From contig JBHYGA010000010.1 of the NCBI GenBank assembly GCA_051859245.1, positions 22,798 through 86,797 of the forward strand: a stretch of 64,000 nucleotides of DNA, given 5' to 3'. Shown piece by piece: positions 43,254 through 52,474 of this stretch (position 1 is its first letter; each line of letters opens with the position of its first letter). A program made the position numbers and the translations under genes. A model generated the notes under the pieces. It ran no database searches, was not told the origin of the DNA, and saw nothing but the letters and a program-made list of their open reading frames with translations. The stretch is from Gemmatimonadaceae bacterium (lineage in GTDB: Bacteria > Gemmatimonadota > Gemmatimonadetes > Gemmatimonadales > Gemmatimonadaceae).

Positions 43254-46210
43254 CAGAAGCCCAGGGAGATGTTGAGGAAGAAGCTGCGCGTTGGCGGATA
43301 CGGTCCGACGTCGAGATTGTTACGAATGGCGGCGGCGCCAAAGTTCGCGACTTCCGGATCAACCCCCGTGTAGTTCGTCCACATAAACAGGTTGCGACCC
43401 GTCAAACTGATGCGCATGCGATCCACGCCAACGTTGCTGATCGAGCTGATGTAGCGACGCGGCACATCAAGCCCAACCGACACTTCGCGAACCTTCACAA
43501 AACTTGCGTCTTCGATGTACGGCTGAATGCTGCCGCTCAGGTATCCCTTGTAGCGTTCGACGCCCGCTGGCGTGCCCCAGTCATCGGCTGTACGCGCATC
43601 GTCCATGAGGTAGCGCGTGAGGTTGATGACATCGCTGCCCTGCTGCCAGTCCACCACCACGTTCAGCGACAGGTTCTTGTAAGTAACATCATTCACGAAG
43701 CCCATGCGGAAATCAGGGTTCGTGTTGCCGAGCTGCTCAAGCACCGTGCCACGCGTGCCATCGGGGTTCAGTGCAAAACCCACGAGCTGCGTGATCGGCT
43801 TGCCAACTTCAATGCGCGTGCGACCAAGGTTGCCAAAGCCGGACGATGCCGGGAAGAATGCCGGCAAGCCTGCCAGATCCTTCACTTCGTTGGTGTACTT
43901 GGTGAACGTGCCGCGCGAAATCCACTGCAGGTTGTCGCGCTGGATCGGCGTGTAACCGAGGCCCACTTCGTAACCCTGGTTGTTGATCTTGCCACCGTTG
44001 AACACCTGGCTCGCAAAACCCGACGAGGGCGACGGTACCCGCGAAAGCAGCAGGTTGGTGGTATTGCGATCAAAGAACGTCAGTTCCCAGTTCAGCTTGG
44101 AATCGAGTGCGCTACCATCCACGCCGAACTCGATTTCCTTGAGGCGTTCCGGTTCAACGTCGGCGAAGCCGGCGTTCTGGCCGACCGTTACACCCTGCTG
44201 ACCGCCAAGCTGCGGCGTGCCAAGCAGCGTGAACTTCTGGCCGAAGATCGGCTGATTGCCCGTTTCTCCGTACGCTACGCGAAGCTTCAGTTCACTGCCG
44301 TCACCAAGCAGATCAAGGAAGCGATACGAACCGGCCAGCTTCGGGAAGATGTAGTACTTGTCGGAGTCACCGTTCACGCTGCTGCGCTCAGCGCGCAGAC
44401 CCGCCTGCACGAGCAACTTCTCGTCAAACAGCCGAATCTCTTCCTGCGCGTACATGGCCAGCGTGCGCTCGGCCGTGAGATTTTCGTTCGCGGCAATGTT
44501 GGTACCCTGATTCACATTGCGCTGACCCGGCAACAGGTTCTGCGTGCGGATCTGGAACGTCTGCAGCTCACGATCTTCGTACTGCAAACCGAACGACGTG
44601 CTCGCCTGCCACGCGCTCGCGGTGTAGCTATGCACCGCGTTCAGGTTCCAGTTGAAGAAGCGGCTGCGTCCACCGCTCTCAATCGACTCACCCGGCAATG
44701 CCTGCGGCACTTCAAAAAAGAGATCGTTCGGCGACCAGACGTCGTTGCCCTGATTGAACACGTCAAGACCACCAGCCGCTACGAGACGAAGACTCTGCTT
44801 TTCCGAGTTCCACGCGTTCCAGCCAGCCGTGAGGCCACCCGTGAAGCGATTCGTCTCTTCGTGGTTCACGCCGAGCTCGGTGAGCTGCAGCGGGTTTGAC
44901 TGCACACCAACCGTGGGCGCAACGAATGTACCGTCTGCATTACGACGATTGAAATCGATGAAGCTGGGGATGTACGCCATCGCGTAGCCGTGGCAACCGT
45001 AGTTGTTACAGTTGTTGTTCCAACCACGATCGTTCTCGTTGCGCGCGTACACACTGGACACTTTGATGTCGAACTTGTCGCCGAGATCCTGGTCCACGTT
45101 CACTCGCAGCGACTGACGGCCGGCGCCCGTGTTGATTTCCGTGCCTTCGTCGCGCTTGGTCGACGCGGAGATGAAGTAACGCGTGGTCGCCGTTCCACCG
45201 CTGAGGTCAGCGATGGTCTCGTGCGACAGGGCGCGCTGTCCGTACACATCTTCATAATGCGCGAAATACGGATTCGCATTGCCGGCAAAGAACGGTGCGG
45301 CACCGGCACCAAATCGCGCGACCGCTGAATCCTGCGTCCAGCGACGCGACTCAAGCAGCTTGAGCGGCGCGTTCAGACCGAAGCGCTGCGTAAGGTTCAC
45401 GCGCGGTGCGCCGCTCGTGCCGCGCGTTGTCGTAATGACCACCACACCGTTTGAGGCCTTTGATCCGTAGATCGACGACGCCGCGGCGCCCTTGAGCACT
45501 TCAATCGACGCGATGTCGTTTGGATTGAGGTCAGCGATGCGATTTACCGCGTCCGCTTCCGTAGTGGCCGAGGCCGCAGCGTTGGCCAAACCACGGCCGC
45601 TCGGAATGCTGGCGTTCGAGTAGATCACGCCGTCTACCACGTAGAGCGGATCGAATCCGCCCAGAATCGTGGCATTACCACGGATTTGCATCTGAATACC
45701 GCCGCCAGGTGCGCCGGAGTTCGTCTGCAGATTCACACCGGTGATTTTGCCGGTGAGTGCGTTGAGCACCGTGGGCGACGACACCTTGGACAGATCTTCA
45801 CCCGAAACGTACGCAATGGACGTGGTCGCGCTGCGACGTTCGATCGTCGTGGCCTGACCCGTCACCACCACTTCACTCATCTTGAATACGTCGGCCGCCA
45901 TGGAGATGTCCATGGTGGAAACGCCCGCCGCAACGGCGGCTTCGGTTCGCGCATAACCTACCGCCCGCACCTGCAACCGCACTGCTCCGGCCGGAGCAGC
46001 AATGGAGTACCGGCCGTCATCTCCGGTTCTCGCCATACCTGACTGTGGAACGCCCAACACTGAGACAACGGCGTCGGCGATCGGGGTGTCAGTGCCAGAC
46101 TTGGTCACGCGGCCGGTGATTCTCCGGTCTTGCGCGATCAAGGTCGCTGGCGCGAGGAATAGCAAGAGCAGGGTGCCGAATCCTGCCCGCCACTGCACGC
46201 TTTTGCGCAC
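43253..46210 (-). CDS. SusC/RagA TonB-dependent transporter
   Basis: EVVVTG, PLYVVDGV, DIASIEVLKGAAASSIYGSKASNGVVVITT and C-terminal ISLGF. Confidence 0.95.
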   Translation of the reverse strand: MRKSVQWRAGFGTLLLLFLAPATLIAQDRRITGRVTKSGTDTPIADAVVSVLGVPQSGMARTGDDGRYSIAAPAGAVRLQVRAVGYARTEAAVAAGVSTMDISMAADVFKMSEVVVTGQATTIERRSATTSIAYVSGEDLSKVSSPTVLNALTGKITGVNLQTNSGAPGGGIQMQIRGNATILGGFDPLYVVDGVIYSNASIPSGRGLANAAASATTEADAVNRIADLNPNDIASIEVLKGAAASSIYGSKASNGVVVITTTRGTSGAPRVNLTQRFGLNAPLKLLESRRWTQDSAVARFGAGAAPFFAGNANPYFAHYEDVYGQRALSHETIADLSGGTATTRYFISASTKRDEGTEINTGAGRQSLRVNVDQDLGDKFDIKVSSVYARNENDRGWNNNCNNYGCHGYAMAYIPSFIDFNRRNADGTFVAPTVGVQSNPLQLTELGVNHEETNRFTGGLTAGWNAWNSEKQSLRLVAAGGLDVFNQGNDVWSPNDLFFEVPQALPGESIESGGRSRFFNWNLNAVHSYTASAWQASTSFGLQYEDRELQTFQIRTQNLLPGQRNVNQGTNIAANENLTAERTLAMYAQEEIRLFDEKLLVQAGLRAERSSVNGDSDKYYIFPKLAGSYRFLDLLGDGSELKLRVAYGETGNQPIFGQKFTLLGTPQLGGQQGVTVGQNAGFADVEPERLKEIEFGVDGSALDSKLNWELTFFDRNTTNLLLSRVPSPSSGFASQVFNGGKINNQGYEVGLGYTPIQRDNLQWISRGTFTKYTNEVKDLAGLPAFFPASSGFGNLGRTRIEVGKPITQLVGFALNPDGTRGTVLEQLGNTNPDFRMGFVNDVTYKNLSLNVVVDWQQGSDVINLTRYLMDDARTADDWGTPAGVERYKGYLSGSIQPYIEDASFVKVREVSVGLDVPRRYISSISNVGVDRMRISLTGRNLFMWTNYTGVDPEVANFGAAAIRNNLDVGPYPPTRSFFLNISLGF

Positions 46211-46428
46211 GTGTGCTCCTTCAGTTGAAAGGGGGGTGTCCTGCGGGGGGGGCGTGCAACGCATCGTCTGGACTGCGACCAGCACATCGCAGTGCCGGCA
46301 TCGGCACTGGTTTCGTTACGGACCTGTTGCGTGCGCCATATTGGCAAACAAAGTGCCGAACGGCAAGAGGGTGGGGACGGCTGGTAAAGCGCGTAGGCTG
46401 ATTACACGTCAAGTGGGTAACTTTGACC

Positions 46429-46677
46429 ATGCCTTGGATTCAATTGGTTCTTGCTCTTGCACTGCGCGCTGTTGTGAACCCGGCGTTGGCGGTTGATCTG
46501 CTGCGTGTGGCCTGGCGCTTCCGCGTGCGCGGCTGGTGGTATCGCTTTCCCTTCTTGCCGCTCCCGTCCATGCGCTACGTGCGCTGGCGCATGTATACCG
46601 CGTATGGAGACGAAGCTTTCGTCCCACCTGTGCGCGACGTGATCAACTACGCCCGATGGACGGGACGTCAGCCCTGA
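46429..46677 (+). CDS. Small conserved hypothetical protein
   Basis: WWYRFPFLPLP..YVRWRMYTAYG motif-like sequence; TAACTT lies 5 nt before the ATG. Confidence 0.75.
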   Translation: MPWIQLVLALALRAVVNPALAVDLLRVAWRFRVRGWWYRFPFLPLPSMRYVRWRMYTAYGDEAFVPPVRDVINYARWTGRQP

Positions 46678-46720
46678 ACGCCGAGTGGCACCGTCGTTCG
46701 GCCCACGTTGGTACGTGCGG

Positions 46721-47692
46721 ATGACCGATTGGTCTCAGTCGCGGCTGGTGCGTGACGGCTTTCGCGCCCGACTGCAGGGACAAGCGTACGGGCTCGGTTT
46801 TGACCTGGTCGGCATAACCGAACTCGGCGCTCCCGATTCCATGGCGCACTTTGACTCGTGGCTGGACGCGGGATTGCACGGCGAGATGGACTATATGCAA
46901 CGCGGCGCCGAGCTGCGGCGTGATTCGCGGTTGCCACATCCCGGCGCGACACACGCGATCATGGTTGGCATGCACTACGGCGGCGGCACACCGTCAGGTC
47001 CCGTGGCTCGCTACGCGCGCGGTGATGACTATCACGAACTCATGCGTGAACGACTGCGCGCGTTGCACGGCTGGCTGATAGAAGAGCTCGGCGTTGATAT
47101 CGACGCTCGTCCGTATGTGGACAGCGGACCGCTGCTCGAGCGGGATCTCGCACGCCGCGCCGGACTCGGCTGGTTTGGCAAGAACACTATGCTGATCAAC
47201 CCCGAGCAGGGCTCGTGGTTCTTTATTGGCGCGTTGGTTGTAAACGTTGCGCTCCCGATTGATGCGCCGTTTGAGGCGGATCGCTGCGGCACGTGCACAC
47301 GGTGTCTTGATGCGTGTCCCACGGATGCGTTTGTCGCACCGCGTGTGCTCGATGCGAGCCGGTGCATCAGTTATCTCACGATTGAGTTGCGCGGTGATAT
47401 TCCTGACGAGTTGCGACCGCTGGTTGGCGAGCACCTGTATGGGTGCGATGTGTGTCAGGAGGTGTGTCCGTGGAACGTTTCGTTTGCGAGTGAGGTACGA
47501 GAGCCGGCGTTTGCGGCGCGCGCGGTGATCGGAATGAAGGACGCTCCCACACTCGCGCGTGACATTCTTGCGATGGACGACGACGCGTATCGTGTCGCGT
47601 TCAAGGGGAGTGCGATGAAGCGCGCGAAGCTGAATGGTTTGCAGCGGAATGCGGCGGTGGTGCTCGAGTACGCACCGAGCAAAGAGCGATGA
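46721..47692 (+). CDS. queG: tRNA epoxyqueuosine(34) reductase
   Basis: ARYARGDDYH, YVDSGPLLER, GWFGKN, CGTCTRCLDACPT, CISYLTIE and GCDVCQEVCPWN. Confidence 0.95.
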   Translation: MTDWSQSRLVRDGFRARLQGQAYGLGFDLVGITELGAPDSMAHFDSWLDAGLHGEMDYMQRGAELRRDSRLPHPGATHAIMVGMHYGGGTPSGPVARYARGDDYHELMRERLRALHGWLIEELGVDIDARPYVDSGPLLERDLARRAGLGWFGKNTMLINPEQGSWFFIGALVVNVALPIDAPFEADRCGTCTRCLDACPTDAFVAPRVLDASRCISYLTIELRGDIPDELRPLVGEHLYGCDVCQEVCPWNVSFASEVREPAFAARAVIGMKDAPTLARDILAMDDDAYRVAFKGSAMKRAKLNGLQRNAAVVLEYAPSKER

Positions 47693-47739
47693 AGCCATCC
47701 GCTCCGGTGGGCGAGCTCGGTCGATGACTATCTTGAACC

Positions 47740-48179
47740 ATGCGAAATCTGACGATTGCACTCTGCCTTCTGCTCCCGACTCCGGCCATGGCTCAGCAAA
47801 TCGGGGCCGAGTGGTCAGCCTGGTGGCTTGATCGTAGTTGGTCGGTGAGCTCTGACGCGACCACGCAGACGACTGGTTCAGTGAGACTCGGAGTGCCCCT
47901 GAAAGGGGAGCGAAGCGTGTTGCAGGGGGAGTTGGTGCGTTGCGACTCGCGGCCGACAGACAGCAGGCAATCATCGCAGAATGTGCTCGCAACCCGCTCT
48001 GTTTCTTTCATGGCACCTCCTTTCGATCCGGCTGGCATGTGACACTGAGCGGTGGTGTCGGCGCTGATCTGCCAATCACAAAGACACTGATACTTCAGCC
48101 GACGCTCCGACTGCTCCAACTGGACGCGCCCGCGTTCCTGGGAGTTGGCGTTGGGCTGACATGGCGGCTCGGGCGCTAA
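47740..48179 (+). pseudogene. Frameshifted outer-membrane beta-barrel-like gene
   Basis: The signal peptide and first strands are in one frame (to about 47918). VAGGVGALRL...TLSGGVGADLP...GVGVGLTWRLGR continues in another frame to the stop at 48179. Confidence 0.6.
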
Positions 48180-48395
48180 AGATCCCGCGTCATCTCCACC
48201 ATCGTGCGGCGAAACCCCGCTCGCACAAATAGCTGCTGCGCAGCCACGTTCTGCTCCGCGGTTGAGAGCACAACCTGAGGCACGGCGCGAGCCGCAAGCG
48301 CCAAGCTGGCCGAGGCGTGGCAGGTCAGCGCTTGTGGCGGCGCGTATCACTGGTTGATCATCGAGAGAGTCGGGTGAGTCGCGTTGTACGTGCAT
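48176..48395 (-). pseudogene. Internally deleted GNAT acetyltransferase, paralog of 57487-58002
   Basis: MHVQRD...PVIRAATSADLPRLGQLGA is joined out of frame to ALAARAVPQVVLSTAEQN...GFRRTMVEMTRDL*. About 293 bp is missing, with the junction at GCGCC (48298-48302). Confidence 0.9.
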
Positions 48396-48403
48396 GTGAC
48401 TGG

Positions 48404-49079
48404 TCACCGAGCCCGAACGGCTGTAAGCAGATCAGCAGCCAGCACGGCAGAAGCCGCACTTACGGTTGCGGCGTTGCCAAAGATTTCCTCAGCCCGACCA
48501 GCCATCATTGCACCCAGCGCGCTTGACCCAGCGGCAAACAGATCGTCCAAGTACGCCAGCGCATGCGTCGTTACTGGGGCCGACAACTCGTCGCTGCGCA
48601 GCGCATGCATCGTTTCGGCGAGTGTACTGGTTTCGGTTGCAACAAGCAACCGGTACACGTCGTGCGCGTCCTTGTCGATCAGCCGCGTCGGCGTGTTCTG
48701 CCGCTCACCGATTTTGTGCAACTTCGCGACAAGTAAAGCGGCGGGACCAGCAACCTCCATCTGCATTGACCGTAGATCGGTAGGATCGATCGCCGTGATG
48801 ATCTTCGGCGCATGGTCAACAAGTGTTGCCTCAAGGCCAGTCGCCCGTCTCGTTGCTTCCTTGCCGTGCGGCGGAATCCGTCCGCCACGTCGAGCCTTCC
48901 CTCCGGCTGATGTCAGAGTCTTTGGTCGACTCGGCTAACGCGACCGGAGCGGCGCCTGTGTGGAGATAGATCGCCTGTGCACCAATCAGCACCAGGGCCG
49001 ATCGTTGTTCCGCGAGCGCATCGAGTGCGTCGAGCAGCGCCGAGCGTGCACGTACCAGGATCTCAGAGGCGCCAGTCAT
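48404..49079 (-). pseudogene. AbiEii-like nucleotidyltransferase, frameshifted by probable internal deletion
   Basis: VLIGAQAIYLH...TKDSDI in one frame, then AGGKARRGGRIPPHG...AALLVAKLHKIGER...DKDAHDVYRLL in another; junction at about 48908. Confidence 0.8.
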
Positions 49080-50190
49080 TTTCGGTGCGCTCCATCCAAT
49101 CAAGAAGTGCGGTTGCTTCGCTTGGATTCCGGCCTGGGCCGCTCAAGAGATCGACGGCGACCTGACTGACCGCGGCGAGTCGAAGCCCGCCTCGCAACTG
49201 CGTTCGCTCGAACACCACGTCATAATCCCCTACTGCAATCGCGACGTTGGCCCCCGTTGTTGTGGGTCGCAAATGCAGGATCGAAGCGGCCGCGTTTACG
49301 TCTCGCACGTAGAGCATGGCGAGACGAGCCGGCGCGTACGGAGCCACCTGCTCTGCGGCGAGCGAACCTGTCACGGCGTATTCGAGCAGCGGTTGGTCGA
49401 TCAGCCGTTTTGTGAGCGCATCAAGTCCACGCGGCTCGAGATAAGTGGATACCGTATTGGACTGCGCGAATCCGTAGTCGCGGCTCCATCGTTCGAGGAG
49501 CGCACGCCAACGAACGTCAGTGAGCGCCCCGCGACGTTGACGCGCAATGAGTTCCTGCTCCTCGAGAAAATCAATCACGCGATACGTCGCGCCTACGGAC
49601 GTGCCCGCGCGCTTGGCGAGTTCCGGCACGCCATAGGGAGGTGCGAAGTCGATCAGGGCCCGTACCACCCGAGCGGCCGGCGGGCCGTTCAGCGTGCCTC
49701 GCGGTCGTCCCGGTCCGCGCCAGGGGTCACTATCGGCCCCGCGATCCCGGAGGAAAAGCGCGGGCTGCCTACTTGCGAGATGGAGGTTTCCGGTGGCGTC
49801 GATGTATCCGGCGCCGGCCTCTGCGATCCGATCGCGCGTGGCTTGGGCGAGATATCGAGCGACCAGCACGGGCACCACATTTGAACCGCCTCGTGTCGCT
49901 GCTACTCGACGTAACTGTTCGAGAGCCGTCGTGACGTCGCGGGTAGTCAGTACCCGCTTCACTTCTACGAGCAAGACCAGGTCGCTTCCGTCGGGGGCCC
50001 GGAGACGCAACTCGGCATCCAGTCCCAAGTCACGACTGGACGAGTTTGACAGCGTTTCGACCAGCCATGCTTCGGGAAGACGCTCTCGAAGCATCCCAAC
50101 GGCTTCGCTCAGGACATCCGTCTCTCTTTCGAGGGAAGGATATTCTGTTAATTCTTGCTTTCCGGTGGCAGCGGAAATGGGCACTTTCAT
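49063..50190 (-). CDS. AbiEi-like antitoxin / transcriptional regulator (type IV TA)
   Basis: LLVEVK, GYIDATGN, central wHTH (ELAKRAGTSVGATYRVIDFLEEQELI), YAVTGSLAA and QVAVDLLSGPGR; overlaps the NTase start. Confidence 0.8.
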   Translation of the reverse strand: MKVPISAATGKQELTEYPSLERETDVLSEAVGMLRERLPEAWLVETLSNSSSRDLGLDAELRLRAPDGSDLVLLVEVKRVLTTRDVTTALEQLRRVAATRGGSNVVPVLVARYLAQATRDRIAEAGAGYIDATGNLHLASRQPALFLRDRGADSDPWRGPGRPRGTLNGPPAARVVRALIDFAPPYGVPELAKRAGTSVGATYRVIDFLEEQELIARQRRGALTDVRWRALLERWSRDYGFAQSNTVSTYLEPRGLDALTKRLIDQPLLEYAVTGSLAAEQVAPYAPARLAMLYVRDVNAAASILHLRPTTTGANVAIAVGDYDVVFERTQLRGGLRLAAVSQVAVDLLSGPGRNPSEATALLDWMERTENDWRL

Positions 50191-50241
50191 AACATATGAT
50201 ACTAAATTCCTCGATAAATATCAATTCCGATGGCAACGGAA
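50160..50241 (-). promoter_or_regulatory. abiEi-like promoter flanked by two TTCCG-N7-CGGAA operators
   Basis: TTCCG-GTGGCAG-CGGAA (50160-50176), TTCCG-ATGGCAA-CGGAA (50225-50241) and TTGATA-N17-TATCAT-N5-ATG. Confidence 0.75.
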
Positions 50242-50259
50242 TATAGTATTTTCATGGAA

Positions 50260-50505
50260 TTAGCGTCTGGCAAAACTCTTTTCCAAGTTCACCCACACAT
50301 TCGCACCGGTACCAAGAGCAGCGCCGATAGCTACTGCGGTGGGCGGACCAATCGGCGATTTTCCCTCGATTATCTCTTTCAGCAGCTTGGGAGAGAGACC
50401 CGTGAGCTCCGCGAACTCATGCTGCGTCCAACCGCGCGCACCGAGTTCGTCGTTGAGATACTCGCCGGGCGAGAAGACCTCGGCGGGTTTAAGCTGCTCA
50501 GCCAT
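50260..50505 (-). CDS. higA: HigA-like XRE HTH protein (orphan)
   Basis: PAEVFSPGEYLNDELGARGWTQHEFAE...IIEGKSPI...AALGT..VWVNLE. Confidence 0.8.
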   Translation of the reverse strand: MAEQLKPAEVFSPGEYLNDELGARGWTQHEFAELTGLSPKLLKEIIEGKSPIGPPTAVAIGAALGTGANVWVNLEKSFARR

Positions 50506-50809
50506 ATGCGCTCCAAGCCGAGTGCGCGCGCATTGGAAAATCGAGAACTGAATCCCGGCACTGGGCAGAGCTGGAGTGGCTTGCTCGCATCGAACCCGGA
50601 TTCACTTACAGAATGCTCCCAAACAAAGTGTCACCTCTCGAAGGAACAAATTTCTCGGGCACAACGCGTGTACTTCTCCGGCTCAACGTGTTACTGCCAG
50701 CGCACCGATATAGCATGGAAGCGCGCAAATGTTCATGAATCGTGAACCGTGAACGCATCGTCCTTTATCACTCTTCGGCAATATTCGTCGCACGCCTGAA
50801 AGCATCTGC

Positions 50810-52474
50810 CTACGCCGCGGCAGGTTCTAGAGGCTCAAGCGCCTCGCGTAGCAGCGCGTCGAACAATCTCGTACGGTTCGAATCACAAAGGACAATCGCG
50901 GCTTCTAACTGGTCGCAGACGGTCATGAGTTCATCGACTCGCGCGACGATTCGGTGTTGTTCTTCGATGGGAGGCAGCGGCAGAGAACACCCGCGAAGCT
51001 GCGTCATGTTGATCGATGCAAGATTGGTTGTTTGTTTTGACGCGTTCTCAAAGAAGGCGCGTCCCTGCGGACTGTTCACGTAGAGCGCGACCCACTCAGA
51101 CAGTACATCCTCAGTGGCGGGACGTACTCGGAATACGTGATTTTGGTGGATACACGTCTTGATTTCGCCTCGCCAGATCGCAGCGCGTCCGAGTTTATCC
51201 CAGTCCCCACCTTCAGTCATCAGAACGTCACCATTCTGCAACAAATAGCGGTGCAGTTCGGCACGTCTCACCTCTATCATCTTGACGATTGAAAGATCGA
51301 GGTGCCCGCGCTGAACGTTTGCCACGCGAAGATAAGGAACCTCAACTGCGGCTTCTGACGAAATCGTTTGACCCTTTGTAACTCCACTAACGATGAGGAA
51401 GACGTCATCGAAAGTTGTTTGCGCCCAAGCCGTAGGCAGTTCATAGCCAACGTTTTTTAAGGTTGACGTCTCAAGCGCTGAGCGTGCAAGACTCCGACCG
51501 AGCGACTGAGCATGCTGCTTCGCAGCCGACAAACGACTGAGCGCTAGAGCTGCGGGCTCATCGCGTGCATCCTGCGGCACCAGCTTCCCACGCACCGCGA
51601 GATTGAGAATCGTCTGACGCAACAGCTTGACCTGATCCGCGCGTGCGCTGAGCGCCGGAAGCACGTTGATCGCGAAGCGTGCATCCGACTGAAATGTGCT
51701 TGGGTCCGGCGCAGTGAGCCGCGCGAGGCTCGCCGCTGCCAACCGGTCGCGCGCGGCCTCGCGATCCACGCGCGCGGCTTCGAGCTGGTCGCACAACGCC
51801 ATCAGCTCATCGACCTTCGCGACGATGCGATGTTGCTCCGCGAGAGGAGCGAGTGGAATGGAAAGAGAGCGAGCATCAGCGGTGCCAAGTCGCGGCATCT
51901 TCATTCCATACATCAGACGGTTTACGCGATCCATAGTAAGCGGCGATCGGAGTACCAACTTCAGGAAATCCGCCGCCAAAAAGTGCTTTGGCCGAATCAC
52001 AACTATCTCTGTAGTGCAAACGCCGGGCTCCGAAGCAACGAGCACCTTGCACAGATAGGGACGCAGCTTTCCGAAGAGCACGTCACCGGCGAGAAAACAG
52101 GACTTCGTACTCCGGAAGGGCCGATCCGCCGAACTAACGCGATTCAGAAGCCGGCCAGTACTTTTCTCGATATCTTCCAGATCTAGCACCCAAACGTTTG
52201 CATCGACGTCCGAGTTTGAGCTCACTTTCTCAGGCGAACCATACGCCGCGACTTCGCCAAGAGTGTGCCACTTCCAGCTTGCTGGAAGGCCAAACTCCAA
52301 CTCACGCTCCTTCGTACCTGTGCGTGATCCATCGGGAGATTGCACTTCACCGAAGTCGTTACTCACCAACTTCCCACGCACCGCCAGATCCAGAACGAAC
52401 TTTCGCAACTTCCCCACCGCATCCGGCGCATCAGCCACGCGATCGTACATCGCCAACAACTCCGTCGCGTTCAT
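50810..52474 (-). CDS. hsdS: Type I R-M specificity subunit
   Basis: Two AT-richer TRDs; repeated conserved blocks LAVRGKLV and EQHRIVAK/RVDELMxxCDQLEAA. Confidence 0.95.
   Translation of the reverse strand: MNATELLAMYDRVADAPDAVGKLRKFVLDLAVRGKLVSNDFGEVQSPDGSRTGTKERELEFGLPASWKWHTLGEVAAYGSPEKVSSNSDVDANVWVLDLEDIEKSTGRLLNRVSSADRPFRSTKSCFLAGDVLFGKLRPYLCKVLVASEPGVCTTEIVVIRPKHFLAADFLKLVLRSPLTMDRVNRLMYGMKMPRLGTADARSLSIPLAPLAEQHRIVAKVDELMALCDQLEAARVDREAARDRLAAASLARLTAPDPSTFQSDARFAINVLPALSARADQVKLLRQTILNLAVRGKLVPQDARDEPAALALSRLSAAKQHAQSLGRSLARSALETSTLKNVGYELPTAWAQTTFDDVFLIVSGVTKGQTISSEAAVEVPYLRVANVQRGHLDLSIVKMIEVRRAELHRYLLQNGDVLMTEGGDWDKLGRAAIWRGEIKTCIHQNHVFRVRPATEDVLSEWVALYVNSPQGRAFFENASKQTTNLASINMTQLRGCSLPLPPIEEQHRIVARVDELMTVCDQLEAAIVLCDSNRTRLFDALLREALEPLEPAAA

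Noticed and set aside
48890..48920. Programmed frameshift in the nucleotidyltransferase
   Set aside because: There is no slippery sequence, and the joined product looks too short between the DxD motif and RIPPHG, so deletion fits better.
50810..52474. Phase-variable (invertible) hsdS locus
   Set aside because: There is a single hsdS with no silent TRDs, inverted repeats or recombinase; the internal direct repeats are normal conserved regions.
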